From the NCBI GenBank assembly GCA_963768055.1, contig CAVYGN010000001.1, positions 1,472,001 to 1,536,000 of the forward strand: a stretch of 64,000 nt of DNA. The letters run 5' to 3'. This DNA comes from an uncultured Spirochaetota bacterium (lineage in GTDB: Bacteria > Spirochaetota > Brevinematia > Brevinematales > JAOACQ01). The position numbers and the translations under genes were made by a program. The notes under the pieces are model-generated. The model ran no database searches. It was not told where the DNA came from and saw only the letters and a program-made list of their open reading frames with translations. How positions within the stretch are numbered: the stretch's first letter is position 1; the number at the start of each line of letters is the position of its first letter. Positions 49,880-59,393 of the stretch are shown in pieces.

Positions 49880-50051
49880 AAAAAAACGCCTTTTCATCGG
49901 GCAGGCCGATACAGGCACCGGACAAGCCGGTACAGGCAAGGCGGCAAGGTAGTGCTTGCGTTTATACGCAAGTATAAATGCACCTGTCCTCGTGACTGGC
50001 TCCAGGACAGGCACCAGGGCCCATAGGGTTTATGCCCGTAGGGTGCGGTTT
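49880..50051 (-). ncRNA. Candidate structured ncRNA, rod-shaped, possibly 6S RNA
   Basis: GC-rich intergenic ~170 nt with nested long-range pairings on the minus strand and a 3' T7 tract (see findings). Confidence 0.4.
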
Positions 50052-50106
50052 CAATTACTAGTAGAACATCATTTATTAATAGCAAGGTTAGTTTTTATAA
50101 CCGCCC

Positions 50107-50499
50107 TTAAAACATTATATCGACGCTCGATTCCCATAACCCATGAATATTGCAGTAACTTTCAGCTATCAGCTTACCCGGCGCATCCAGCTTGAGATTA
50201 AATGCAGCTATGGAATTCGCATAAACAGGCCCCTTATTAGGCCCGTCGACTGCCGCGCCATGTGCTGAAAAAATGCATTCGCCGACCTCGTAGATAAATT
50301 TACCGCCGTCAGGCATGAAATAGAGTTTGATCCAGGAGATATGATGCTCTGTCGTATTGGGATGAGGAATTTCTTTTCCTACCGTTACCGTAACAGTGAA
50401 AGGAACCCCGCTTTTTACCCCCGACGCGCCTTCGATCACGGGAACATGCTTTTCCTTTTTGAAATCCTCGGTTTTCAGGTAATCGCCGAGTTTTGACAT
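50107..50499 (-). CDS. Superoxide reductase, 1Fe class II (neelaredoxin)
   Basis: EKHVP, HPNTTEHHISWI, CNIHGLW; GGAGG RBS before the ATG at 50499. Confidence 0.92.
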   Translation of the reverse strand: MSKLGDYLKTEDFKKEKHVPVIEGASGVKSGVPFTVTVTVGKEIPHPNTTEHHISWIKLYFMPDGGKFIYEVGECIFSAHGAAVDGPNKGPVYANSIAAFNLKLDAPGKLIAESYCNIHGLWESSVDIMF

Positions 50500-50555
50500 A
50501 ATCTGCCTCCATAGTTTTCGAATAATATACGAAATATGGGGTTTATCGTCAAATG

Positions 50556-50601
50556 CAAAAAAGAAAACCCCGTTCCCTCGAGGGGCGGAACGGGGGTCTT
50601 C
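50556..50601 (-). terminator. Intrinsic terminator
   Basis: Minus strand GACCCCCGTTCC...GGAACGGGGTTTTCTTTTT. Confidence 0.65.
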
Positions 50602-50629
50602 AAATTCAATCAATCGCTATCATGCAAGG

Positions 50630-51262
50630 TTATTTTTTGGCATGGAATTGCGGCTGGCTCCCGTTTTCGAAAATGTCCCTTTTTTCAAAGGGCTTAATGC
50701 CTGCCCCAAGCGATGAATACCCGTTAACAAGATTCGCAGCCGTGAGCCCGGTGTAATCCCTGATCAGGCCCGTGGTATCTCCCTGGAATTGATCGTCGAT
50801 AGATTTTACACCCCACCATACATAAGGCTGGGTGTTTCTGAGGAATTCTGTTTTGAAGTTCCCCAGGTAAAATATTGTTCCGGAAGCTACCGTGAAGTCT
50901 TTATCGATAACGACAGAATCGAAATCCTGTCCTTCCATATTGAGAACTATCCTGTGAAGGGTGTAATCGCCGGGGGTCAAAGAAGCAAAAAAGTAACCCT
51001 GGTTTGCATCGAGGGCAATAAACTGTTCATGTGCGCTGCCCATCGATTTAGGGATTAAGTCGAGGACCAGATAGGGTTCATGTCCGAAGAAGATAGGGCT
51101 TCTTACGGCATAGCCGTAAACCCCGTAAATATAGCCGGAACCGGGGTCCAATTTACCCCCGCTTATATTGTCCGGTTTTACATTCGCCTTATAAATATAG
51201 GACGAACACCCGGCCAGTATGAACGCTAGCGGAATTACGAATGAAATTACCAATCTTTTCAT
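50630..51262 (-). CDS. Hypothetical lipoprotein
   Basis: MKR...ILAG-C lipobox; GGAGG RBS. Confidence 0.75.
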   Translation of the reverse strand: MKRLVISFVIPLAFILAGCSSYIYKANVKPDNISGGKLDPGSGYIYGVYGYAVRSPIFFGHEPYLVLDLIPKSMGSAHEQFIALDANQGYFFASLTPGDYTLHRIVLNMEGQDFDSVVIDKDFTVASGTIFYLGNFKTEFLRNTQPYVWWGVKSIDDQFQGDTTGLIRDYTGLTAANLVNGYSSLGAGIKPFEKRDIFENGSQPQFHAKK

Positions 51263-51356
51263 AACCGCCTCCTTTAAAACGTCATATACTAATAATCTTC
51301 ATTAATATATAATTATATAAGGGATTATTGTCAAGAAAGGATGCATATGAATAATT

Positions 51357-51611
51357 CTAAGAATTCCTTATTTTCATGTAAAGGATATAAGCCGCCAGGA
51401 TCAGCGTGACGAAGTTGGCGACAGCTACGGGATACGATCTTACCAACAGCCCGTAAATCAGCCATAGGCATGTACCCAGGCAGAAGAAAAGGAACATTCC
51501 CAGCGAAAGATCGTCCGTTTTTTTGGTTTTAAAAACTTTATATGCCTGGGGTATAAAAGAACTTGTCGTACCTATGGCGGCAAGATACCCCAGGACGTCT
51601 GTGAAAGTCAT
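51357..51611 (-). CDS. SemiSWEET/PQ-loop transporter
   Basis: TTSSFIPQAYK, LSLGMF, WLIYG, AN; 3 TM helices. Confidence 0.9.
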   Translation of the reverse strand: MTFTDVLGYLAAIGTTSSFIPQAYKVFKTKKTDDLSLGMFLFFCLGTCLWLIYGLLVRSYPVAVANFVTLILAAYILYMKIRNS

Positions 51612-51643
51612 TATTTATCCTCCGGTGGATATTTGACCGTATA

Positions 51644-51672
51644 TTATAATCGGAACCCGTAATATTCACAAT
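51644..51672 (-). promoter_or_regulatory. Sigma70-type promoter of the SemiSWEET gene
   Basis: Minus strand TTGTGA-N17-TATAAT. Confidence 0.5.
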
Positions 51673-51768
51673 ATTCCGGTTCGGGCAGGAACGGTGAATC
51701 ACAGGGAGAAACGGACCCTGAGAGCCGTTAGCGGAGAACATAGAACTTTTGATTTAAGGAAGATAATA

Positions 51769-52158
51769 TTAAATATTTTTATATAATGAAAATTCTATAT
51801 AAGTATTAATTAATGAAAAATGTTTATCCAGAGAGAATAATTCAAGATCATTATCGATAACATTTTGCAAAATTATTAAATCCGGAATACCTACTTTATT
51901 GATCCCGTTTTTCAAATTTGCAGCCTGGTAATTAATCAAACCTTCCCACCTGATTATTAATGGAATATTTCTAACCGAATTAAGCAGCTCAATCAGTTTA
52001 TTCTGCCTTTTATGTTTGAGAAATGGGACTAATTCAGTTAAGATTAAATTATTTATACATATCAGATTTCTATCTATAAGCTGATTTAATTTTTCAACTT
52101 CCGGGTTCCCTCCAAAATATTCTATCCAGACCGATGAATCGATCAATATATTCCTCAT
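51769..52158 (-). CDS. vapC: VapC-like PIN toxin
   Basis: ILIDSSVWIEY, ELV, DLIIL, SLDKHF. Confidence 0.88.
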   Translation of the reverse strand: MRNILIDSSVWIEYFGGNPEVEKLNQLIDRNLICINNLILTELVPFLKHKRQNKLIELLNSVRNIPLIIRWEGLINYQAANLKNGINKVGIPDLIILQNVIDNDLELFSLDKHFSLINTYIEFSLYKNI

Positions 52159-52346
52159 CTCTTTCTCAAAGCATCTAAATCTATATCTAATTTAATTTTG
52201 CCGTAATAATTTTTAATTTCTTTTATTTTTTCTTTTTCAATCAGGTTGGTTAAAGCTTCTTTAATCAATCCGGTTTTTGTTTTAATATGGGTTAATCTCA
52301 TCGCCTCGTCGATCAGATTGTCCGGCAAAATTAAAGTAGTCCTCAT
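52155..52346 (-). CDS. vapB: VapB-like antitoxin
   Basis: MRTTLILPDNLIDEAM...KTKT...EAL; 4-bp overlap with vapC. Confidence 0.85.
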   Translation of the reverse strand: MRTTLILPDNLIDEAMRLTHIKTKTGLIKEALTNLIEKEKIKEIKNYYGKIKLDIDLDALRKR

Positions 52347-52430
52347 AAACGCCTCTTTTTATATGCATATATTAATATTATTAACGCATATTGTCAAGCT
52401 AAATATTACATATTATTGCCCGGATATTAA

Positions 52431-52716
52431 TCAGAAACCTCTTCCACTCCTCAAACCCGGCCTCCGCGGTCTTCCTCCAGAGAGTGGCTGATTCCAAGGG
52501 CCCTGGCGGCTTTCGAACGGTTCCCTCCGCAAAGCTCCAGCTAGCGTGATGGAAAGGGGATCGGCCTTTTCTTCCATAAGGGCTTCCCCGGGATGTATAA
52601 CGGAAAAAGGCAGGTGTTCAGGCAGTATTATTCCGCCGGCAGCCAGGATAGCGGCGCGCTCCAGTATCCTCCTCCCTTTTCCTTAGGGGAGGCACTTCTA
52701 TTTCAATGATCCTGTT
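52431..52716 (-). pseudogene. Decayed remnant of a sigma54-dependent (NtrC-family) activator
   Basis: Fragments in shifting frames: RIIEIEVPPLRKREED / ILERAAILAAGGIILPEHLP / LELCGGNRSKAARALGIS / LWRK. Confidence 0.75.
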
Positions 52717-52844
52717 GCGCTTGGAGCCGTTTTGAAGTCATGCAGATATTGAATCTAATAGCCTAAAATTGTTCCTATCCGCCAATTCATGATATAATAT
52801 TTCCGTCTTTGAGGGGTCATTGATAAAACTGTAGGAGGAACATA

Positions 52845-54722
52845 ATGTTTAGACCCAAGCTCATGAAAAATTACTTTAAAGGGCCAATAATCGGGACCTT
52901 GCTGCTTTTGTGCCTTTTCATCCCCGCCGTTCCGGCGCTTCTTTACCCGGACACTGTCCTGGACAGAAAAGTCGCCAAATTGGTCTCGATGATGACCCTC
53001 GAAGAAAAGATAGGCCAGATGACCCAGGTGGACAAGATCTATCTAATCAGCCCAAGCGATATTAAGGATTATTTCCTGGGTTCGCTGCTTTCGGGAGGGG
53101 ATTCCAAACCGGCCACCCTCGATCCAAAGGCCTGGGCGGACATGATAGACAGTTACCAGGCGATTGCCCTGCAGACAAGGCTTAAGATACCTCTTTTATA
53201 CGGAATCGACGCCCTTCATGGCAATAATAGGGCGTATTCAACAGTAATATTTCCCCAGGATATAGGAATGGGCTGCACTCGGGACCCCTCCTTAGCGGAA
53301 CAGGAAGGCAGGATTACTGCTCTCGAGACCGCAGGAATAGGAGCATACTGGGCATTCGCCCCCTGCGTAGCCGTTGCAAGGGACGAACGCTGGGGAAGGA
53401 CATATGAATCTTTCAGCGAAGACCCAGGTCTTGTTTCCGAAATGGGGGCTTCGTTTTTAAAGGGACTCCGGGGAGATAATCTCTCGAATTCCGACAGTGT
53501 CCTGGGATGCCCGAAGCATTTTCTTGCCGACGGAGGAACGAAATACGGGACCAGCTTTTCAGGGGGCAACGACCAGGGCGACGCCCAGGTGAGCGAGGAA
53601 ATGCTCCGCGATATTTTCCTGAAACCGTATATAGCCGCTATTAAAGCCGGAGCAAAATCCATAATGGTATCTTTCAGCAGCTGGAACGGTAAAAAAATGT
53701 CAGGCAACGGATACCTTCTCACAAAAGTCCTTAAAAGGGAATTGAAATTCGACGGTTTTCTCATATCAGACTGGAAGGCTATAAACCAGCTACCGGGTTC
53801 TTACGACGACCAGGTCGAAGCCTCTATAAACGCAGGGCTTGACATGATAATGGTCCCCGACGATTACAAGGGTTTTATTTCAAGTTTAAAGAACCTTGTG
53901 CAAAATAAAAAAGTCCCGATGTCGAGAATAAATGACGCGGTCTCAAGGATCCTCAAGGTCAAATACGAACTCGGTATTTTCGATCACCCCTATACCGACA
54001 GGAAGCTTACGTCTAATATCGGCAGTCCTGAACACAGGGATATTGCGAGAAAAGCCGTCAGGGAGTCTGTGGTCCTTCTTAAAAACGACAATAAGATCCT
54101 TCCCCTTTCTAAAAACATGAAAAGAATCCTTGTCGCCGGAAAAAGCGCCGACGATATCGGACTCCAGTGCGGAGGGTGGACTCTCACCTGGCAGGGCGGC
54201 TGGGGTCCTATAACACCCGGCACGACGGTCCTTCAGGCCATTACAAACTCTGTCTCTAAGGGAACGGAAGTGAAATTTTCGATGGATGGAAGCTCGGCCG
54301 GCAGTTTTGATGCTGCTATAGTCGTTGTAGGCGAAACGCCGTACTCCGAATTCGCGGGCGACATAGTCCCTGAGAACGCGCCCCAGATCGGCAATTATAC
54401 GAAACGCACCTCGCTGGGGCTTGACGATAACGACATGACGACTATTGAAAATGTAAAAAAATCGGGCATTCCGATGATAATAGTTCTTATATCCGGCAGG
54501 CCTATGATAGTAAACGATGCCTTGAAGGATTCAAAGGCATTCATCGCGGCCTGGCTTCCCGGAACGGAAGGGCAGGGCGTTGCCGATGTAATTTTCGGCG
54601 ATTACGCCCCGACAGGGAAACTATCGTTTACATGGCCTAGGGAAATGTCCCAGATCCCTATACATATGGGTGACACGAATTACGATCCGCTGTTCCCGTT
54701 CGGTTACGGGCTGACATATTGA
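52845..54722 (+). CDS. Secreted glycoside hydrolase family 3 (beta-glucosidase-like)
   Basis: MTLEEKIGQM, DALHG, RWGRTYESFSED, KHF, ISDW nucleophile, ESVVLLKN, PLFPFGYGL. Confidence 0.93.
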   Translation: MFRPKLMKNYFKGPIIGTLLLLCLFIPAVPALLYPDTVLDRKVAKLVSMMTLEEKIGQMTQVDKIYLISPSDIKDYFLGSLLSGGDSKPATLDPKAWADMIDSYQAIALQTRLKIPLLYGIDALHGNNRAYSTVIFPQDIGMGCTRDPSLAEQEGRITALETAGIGAYWAFAPCVAVARDERWGRTYESFSEDPGLVSEMGASFLKGLRGDNLSNSDSVLGCPKHFLADGGTKYGTSFSGGNDQGDAQVSEEMLRDIFLKPYIAAIKAGAKSIMVSFSSWNGKKMSGNGYLLTKVLKRELKFDGFLISDWKAINQLPGSYDDQVEASINAGLDMIMVPDDYKGFISSLKNLVQNKKVPMSRINDAVSRILKVKYELGIFDHPYTDRKLTSNIGSPEHRDIARKAVRESVVLLKNDNKILPLSKNMKRILVAGKSADDIGLQCGGWTLTWQGGWGPITPGTTVLQAITNSVSKGTEVKFSMDGSSAGSFDAAIVVVGETPYSEFAGDIVPENAPQIGNYTKRTSLGLDDNDMTTIENVKKSGIPMIIVLISGRPMIVNDALKDSKAFIAAWLPGTEGQGVADVIFGDYAPTGKLSFTWPREMSQIPIHMGDTNYDPLFPFGYGLTY

Positions 54723-54793
54723 TTTTTTCGAAACTTCATAGCGTTAATTAGCGTGGTTCTTAACTCCGAAGCTGCGCTAATTGACGTAGTTTT

Positions 54794-56710
54794 TTATTGC
54801 TTCGCTCCTGCTTTTTTCAAAAGAATAAAGATTTTATCGCTTCCAGCCAATTTTAAAGCCGTCCTGCCTTTTACATCCATGGCTTTTAAATCGGCCCCGG
54901 CATCGATCAGTACCCTTACCATGTCAGTTTGCCCATTTTCAGCAGCAACCATCAAGGCGGTATCCCCGTCCTCATCCAGCACCTGGTCAATGTTTCCCTT
55001 GTAATTTTTAAAAAACATTTCATCGTCGTTGGCCGCCGCATCGAACATGGTCTCAAGCAAGGCCTTTTCAGCATTTAGAGTTTCCTTGGACTCCATTTTA
55101 GCACCGGCATCGTTTAATATCTTAACCGCGACCAATCCCCTTTTTATAGTCGCCCATGTTAATACTGTCTCTCCTGATTTATTCACAGCGTTAATATCGG
55201 CCTTCGCCTCGATCAGCGATTTAATTATATCAGAATGCAAATAGGAGGCCGCGTACATCAAAGCTGTCCAGCCGTTTCTTTCCGCTGCGTTGACATCGGC
55301 TTTAGCCCCTATCAATGACTTGACCGCATCCGATTGTCCGGTGATGACTGCGTACATCAGGGCAGTCATGCCGTATTTACTAACGGCATTAACATCGGCC
55401 TTCGCCTCGATCAACGCTTTGATCCCATCAGCTTGGCCGTTAATAGCTGCGTACATCAAAGCCGTCCTTCCGTCTTTATCCGCGGAGTTGATGTCTCCTT
55501 TATAACTTTTAATAAACTCAACATCACCGTATCTGGCGGCGCTAAGAATGGTCTGTTTGGCCCCTGCGTCTTTTAATAGTTTGGTGATAGCAGAATCTTT
55601 AGCGAACAATAAAGCGGTACTGCCGTATTTATCCAAAGCATTAATATCGGCCCCGCCCTCGATCAATGCTTTAACCGCCTCTCTATGGCCATTCCCGGCT
55701 TCAATCATTAAAGCCGTCAAACCGTCTGAATCCGCTGTGTTAATGTCAGCCTTGGCTATGATCAATGCTTTAACTGTGTCCGTTTTACCATTGATGGCTG
55801 CATACATCAAGGGTGTCCATCCTTCTTTATCCGCCGCGTTGATATCAGCTTTTGCATCTATAAATGCTATAACCGCTTTCGTTTTGCCTTCGCCTGCTGC
55901 TTCCATCAAAGCAGTTACACCGTTTTTACTAGCGGCATTTACATTAGCCTTTGCATCGATAAATACTTTAGCCTCCTTTCCATGCCCGATGATTGACTCA
56001 ATCATCAAGGCCGTCCATCCTTCCTTATCTGCAGAGTCGACATTGGCCTTCGCATCGATCAATATTCTGACAGCATCCATTTGATTGTACAGTGCCGCCC
56101 ACATTAAAGCCGTCCACCCTTCATTATCAGCCGCATTGACGTCTGCTTTTGCTTCGATCAATGCTTTAAGCGCATCGATTCGGCCATTGTCCGCCGCGTA
56201 CATCAAGGCGGTCTTGCCATCCTTATCAGCGGAGTTGACGTCGCTTTGATGACTTTTAATAAACGAAACATCTCCGTATTTAGCGGCACTAAGCAGTGTC
56301 TGTTTCGCACCGGCTTCTTTTAAAAGTTTTGCAATAACAGGATTATCCGCAAATAATAAAGCTGTACTGCCGTATTTATCTGCAGCGTTGATATCGGCTC
56401 CTGCCTCGATCAATGCTTTAACGGCCGTCTTTTGTCCAATAAGTGCAGCATGCATCAAAGCCGTCAAGCCTTCTTTATCTGCAGCATTGATATCTGCCTT
56501 CGATTTTATCAATACCTTAACCGCGGCCTCATGGTTATACATTGCAGCGTACATTAAAGCCGTCCACCCGTCCTTATCCGCAGCGCTGATATTGCCCTTA
56601 TAACTTTTTATAAAAGAAACATCACCTTTTCTAGCTGCATCGAACAAATCCTCATCAGCAAAAGTGAAGGCGGGAATTACCAGCATGATAAATATCAGCC
56701 ATTTCTTCAT
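54794..56710 (-). CDS. Exported ankyrin-repeat protein
   Basis: GGAGG RBS, MKKWLIF signal peptide, many ADINAADKxGxTALM repeats. Confidence 0.92.
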   Translation of the reverse strand: MKKWLIFIMLVIPAFTFADEDLFDAARKGDVSFIKSYKGNISAADKDGWTALMYAAMYNHEAAVKVLIKSKADINAADKEGLTALMHAALIGQKTAVKALIEAGADINAADKYGSTALLFADNPVIAKLLKEAGAKQTLLSAAKYGDVSFIKSHQSDVNSADKDGKTALMYAADNGRIDALKALIEAKADVNAADNEGWTALMWAALYNQMDAVRILIDAKANVDSADKEGWTALMIESIIGHGKEAKVFIDAKANVNAASKNGVTALMEAAGEGKTKAVIAFIDAKADINAADKEGWTPLMYAAINGKTDTVKALIIAKADINTADSDGLTALMIEAGNGHREAVKALIEGGADINALDKYGSTALLFAKDSAITKLLKDAGAKQTILSAARYGDVEFIKSYKGDINSADKDGRTALMYAAINGQADGIKALIEAKADVNAVSKYGMTALMYAVITGQSDAVKSLIGAKADVNAAERNGWTALMYAASYLHSDIIKSLIEAKADINAVNKSGETVLTWATIKRGLVAVKILNDAGAKMESKETLNAEKALLETMFDAAANDDEMFFKNYKGNIDQVLDEDGDTALMVAAENGQTDMVRVLIDAGADLKAMDVKGRTALKLAGSDKIFILLKKAGAKQ

Positions 56711-56860
56711 AATATGCCTCCTTACAATTCGATGTTTTATTATATATATCCCATTAAAAACATGCATGTTTTTGTTATTATTCAGTATTTAAACTAATAT
56801 TTATTACCTATTTTAATACCCTTATTAAACATACTGGCGCACGTTTTTTGAATCGTAATC

Positions 56861-56889
56861 TTGACAAGCTCATGGATTACATGTAAACT
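56861..56889 (+). promoter_or_regulatory. Sigma70-type promoter
   Basis: TTGACA-N17-TAAACT. Confidence 0.6.
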
Positions 56890-56959
56890 AAACGGTCAAT
56901 AAAGCGGCCCGCCCCGGGGGCTGGGCGTATCAGTCTTATTTTTGAATTAAGGACCGCTT

Positions 56960-57301
56960 ATGCATAGAGTCGACTTTTATGAGGAAAACGGTATATTTGT
57001 TATTAAACCTACCGGGGAAATGATATTTTTCTTCCTTGAAGAGGTCAGTAAATTTATCAAGGACAAGATTAAGCTCAACGGCTACAGATTCGTCTTCGAA
57101 CTCGGCGAGGTCCCATGGATCGATTCGATCGGGCTTGGGCTTTTCGCTATAGCGGTAAAGGCGGCGATAACGAATCAATCGAAAATCTGCGTCATCAACC
57201 CAAGAGAAAACATCGTACAATTGTTTAAAATGAGCAACCTTCTTGATTTCATCAATATCTGCGGCAATATGAAAGAGGCTGTTGAATTTTTCTCACATTA
57301 A
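56960..57301 (+). CDS. STAS-domain protein (anti-sigma antagonist-like)
   Basis: GEM...ELGEVPWIDSIGLG...LFKMSNL. Confidence 0.85.
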   Translation: MHRVDFYEENGIFVIKPTGEMIFFFLEEVSKFIKDKIKLNGYRFVFELGEVPWIDSIGLGLFAIAVKAAITNQSKICVINPRENIVQLFKMSNLLDFINICGNMKEAVEFFSH

Positions 57302-57310
57302 GGATTTTTT

Positions 57311-58447
57311 ATGAACGAACAGAAAAAGATATTAATTACAATGCTCGAAGCAGGAGCGGGGCACAAAATGCCGGCCCTGGCTATTAAGGACTCGATAGAA
57401 AAATTGTATCCCGGCCGGTTTAAAATAGATGTAGTCGATCTCTTTAAAGTAGCCGGGGCGCTTGAAAATGACCGCGCTATGAAAGGGGCATGGGACTTCG
57501 CGCTAGCCCACCCTGTTGTCGGCAGGTTTGTTTACCATCTTATGGAGTTTTTTCATTTCAATCCCAGGCTTTATATAAGTATAATGCTTTCCGAGGTTAT
57601 GATTAAGGGAAGGCGTTACATAAAGGAATACAAACCCGACCTTATCGTTTCAACCCAGTTTTACTGTATCCCGATTTCAAGCATGGCCAGGGATAAATTA
57701 AAATTGCCGATCAAAGTCATAGGTTATGTAACCGACCCTTTCTGGGGTTATTCCCTCTGGGCAGACAGGGGCGCCGATTTTATGCTGGTTTCATCTGAAA
57801 AGGCAAGGAAAATGCTCATCAGCCATAAAGTAAGCCCCGATAAGATAAAAATATTCCCATTTCCCATCAATCAAAAATTTTTCAACCTGACCAGGTCGAG
57901 GGAAGAGATTTCAAGGGAGTATTCCATAAACCCGGCCTATAAAACGGTATTGGCCACTGCCGGGGGACAGGGGATAAGCAATATCGGCGTTTTCATCAAG
58001 AAAATATATAAAAAGTCCCTTCCCCTTAACGTTATAGCTATATGCGGCAAAAATGAGAAGCTCAGAACCGAACTGGACAATCTTAAAAAAAAGGTACCTT
58101 CGGCTACGAATCTAATACCTGTCGGTTTCGTGAATAATATGAACGAACTACTGTCTGTTTCAGATCTCAACATCGCAAAAGCGGGAGCTTCGACAACCTT
58201 CGAGGCCCTTTTCATGAATAACCCGATCATCTTTACCCATTATGCAGCGCCGCCTGAAAAGCCGAATATCGATTACTGCGTAGAAAACAAGGTCGGATGG
58301 TATACCCCGGGTGAAAAGGCCTTCTTCGATGTCCTTGACCGGATCATGAATACCGGGATCCTTGATGAATATAAAAATAATTTAAAGGGAATGAAACTGC
58401 ATTCCGGAAGCGAAGAGATTGCCGAATTCGTAGTTTCCCAGCTTTGA
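57311..58447 (+). CDS. MGDG synthase/UgtP-like diacylglycerol glycosyltransferase (GT28)
   Basis: GAGH, PDLIVST, VTD, ICGKN, GFVNNM, KAGAST.EA. Confidence 0.85.
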   Translation: MNEQKKILITMLEAGAGHKMPALAIKDSIEKLYPGRFKIDVVDLFKVAGALENDRAMKGAWDFALAHPVVGRFVYHLMEFFHFNPRLYISIMLSEVMIKGRRYIKEYKPDLIVSTQFYCIPISSMARDKLKLPIKVIGYVTDPFWGYSLWADRGADFMLVSSEKARKMLISHKVSPDKIKIFPFPINQKFFNLTRSREEISREYSINPAYKTVLATAGGQGISNIGVFIKKIYKKSLPLNVIAICGKNEKLRTELDNLKKKVPSATNLIPVGFVNNMNELLSVSDLNIAKAGASTTFEALFMNNPIIFTHYAAPPEKPNIDYCVENKVGWYTPGEKAFFDVLDRIMNTGILDEYKNNLKGMKLHSGSEEIAEFVVSQL

Positions 58448-58453
58448 CGCCCC

Positions 58454-59254
58454 TTAAACAGCCTCTTTGATCCTGCTTATGAGCACGGCTTCTCCGCTAA
58501 CCTTGTCGATGTCTATGACGACGCCCTGTACTTCTATAATTCCCTTGTCTTCAGGCGAAAACCTTACGGGAAGGTGGCGGATCACTTTTCGGTAAGATTC
58601 TTCTATTTTCATGCCTATAACCGAATCGATGGAACCGCACATGCCGATATCGGTAATATAGGCCGTCTTTTTCGGAAGTATCCTTTCATCGGACGTCTGA
58701 ATATGAGTATGGGTGCCCCAGACAGCGCTGACCCTTCCATCGAAATACCAGCCGAAAGCCTGTTTTTCGCTTGTCGCTTCGGCATGAAAATCGACCAGGA
58801 TGATCGAAATTCCTTCATTTTTCAGCCGTTCTACTTCCGATTCCACGGCCTGAAAAGGGCAGTCTATGGCTTCCATGAATATTCTGCCCATCGCATTGAT
58901 AACGGCGGCCTTCAAACCGTTTATTTCATAAATAAAAGTGCCATGGCCGGGAGTTTTCGGGGGATAATTGATAGGGCGGAGGAGATTGGGAATGATGTCT
59001 ATAAAATCGAAAACTTCCTTTTTCTGCCAGACATGGTTTCCGGTCGTTATAACGTCAACGCCGGTATCCAGAATCTGTTTAACCACCGCACTGGTAATGC
59101 CGAAACCATGGGCGGAATTCTCGCCGTTAAGTACGACAAGGTCCGGAGTCATTTTAATTTTCATCCTGTTGATGACATTTGCAAAGGCTTTCCTGCCGGC
59201 ATCTCCTATGATATCTCCGAATGCGAGGACCCTGAAAATATTTTCAGATTTCAT
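58454..59254 (-). CDS. ymdB: YmdB-like (TIGR00282) metallophosphoesterase
   Basis: GDIIG, NGENSAHG, TTGNH, DFHAEATSEK, GTHTH, TDIGMCG. Confidence 0.9.
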   Translation of the reverse strand: MKSENIFRVLAFGDIIGDAGRKAFANVINRMKIKMTPDLVVLNGENSAHGFGITSAVVKQILDTGVDVITTGNHVWQKKEVFDFIDIIPNLLRPINYPPKTPGHGTFIYEINGLKAAVINAMGRIFMEAIDCPFQAVESEVERLKNEGISIILVDFHAEATSEKQAFGWYFDGRVSAVWGTHTHIQTSDERILPKKTAYITDIGMCGSIDSVIGMKIEESYRKVIRHLPVRFSPEDKGIIEVQGVVIDIDKVSGEAVLISRIKEAV

Positions 59255-59338
59255 AATTTTTCACAGGATATATTACCTACCCGCTTTATTTAAGGGCATT
59301 CAGGTTATATTATTCTTTGTAAAAAAGCAAAATAAGAG

Positions 59339-59391
59339 GAAGATTTCTTACTTGTCATTTCGAGGAGTCCCGGCAGGACAACGAGTAATCT
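59339..59391. repeat. Partial or permuted copy of the REP-like element at 21222
   Basis: AGATTTCT...GTCATTTCGAGGAG...ACGAGTAATCT shares blocks with 21222-21290. Confidence 0.6.
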
Positions 59392-59393
59392 TT

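Noticed and set aside
49985..50012. TCGTGACTGGC resembling a ZTP (pfl) riboswitch
   Set aside because: The downstream GCC...CGCCTGGGC element is not evident and no purine or folate gene follows on that strand.
50500..50613. N-terminal extension of superoxide reductase in the ORF track
   Set aside because: It runs through a terminator hairpin, and a GGAGG RBS supports the start at 50499.
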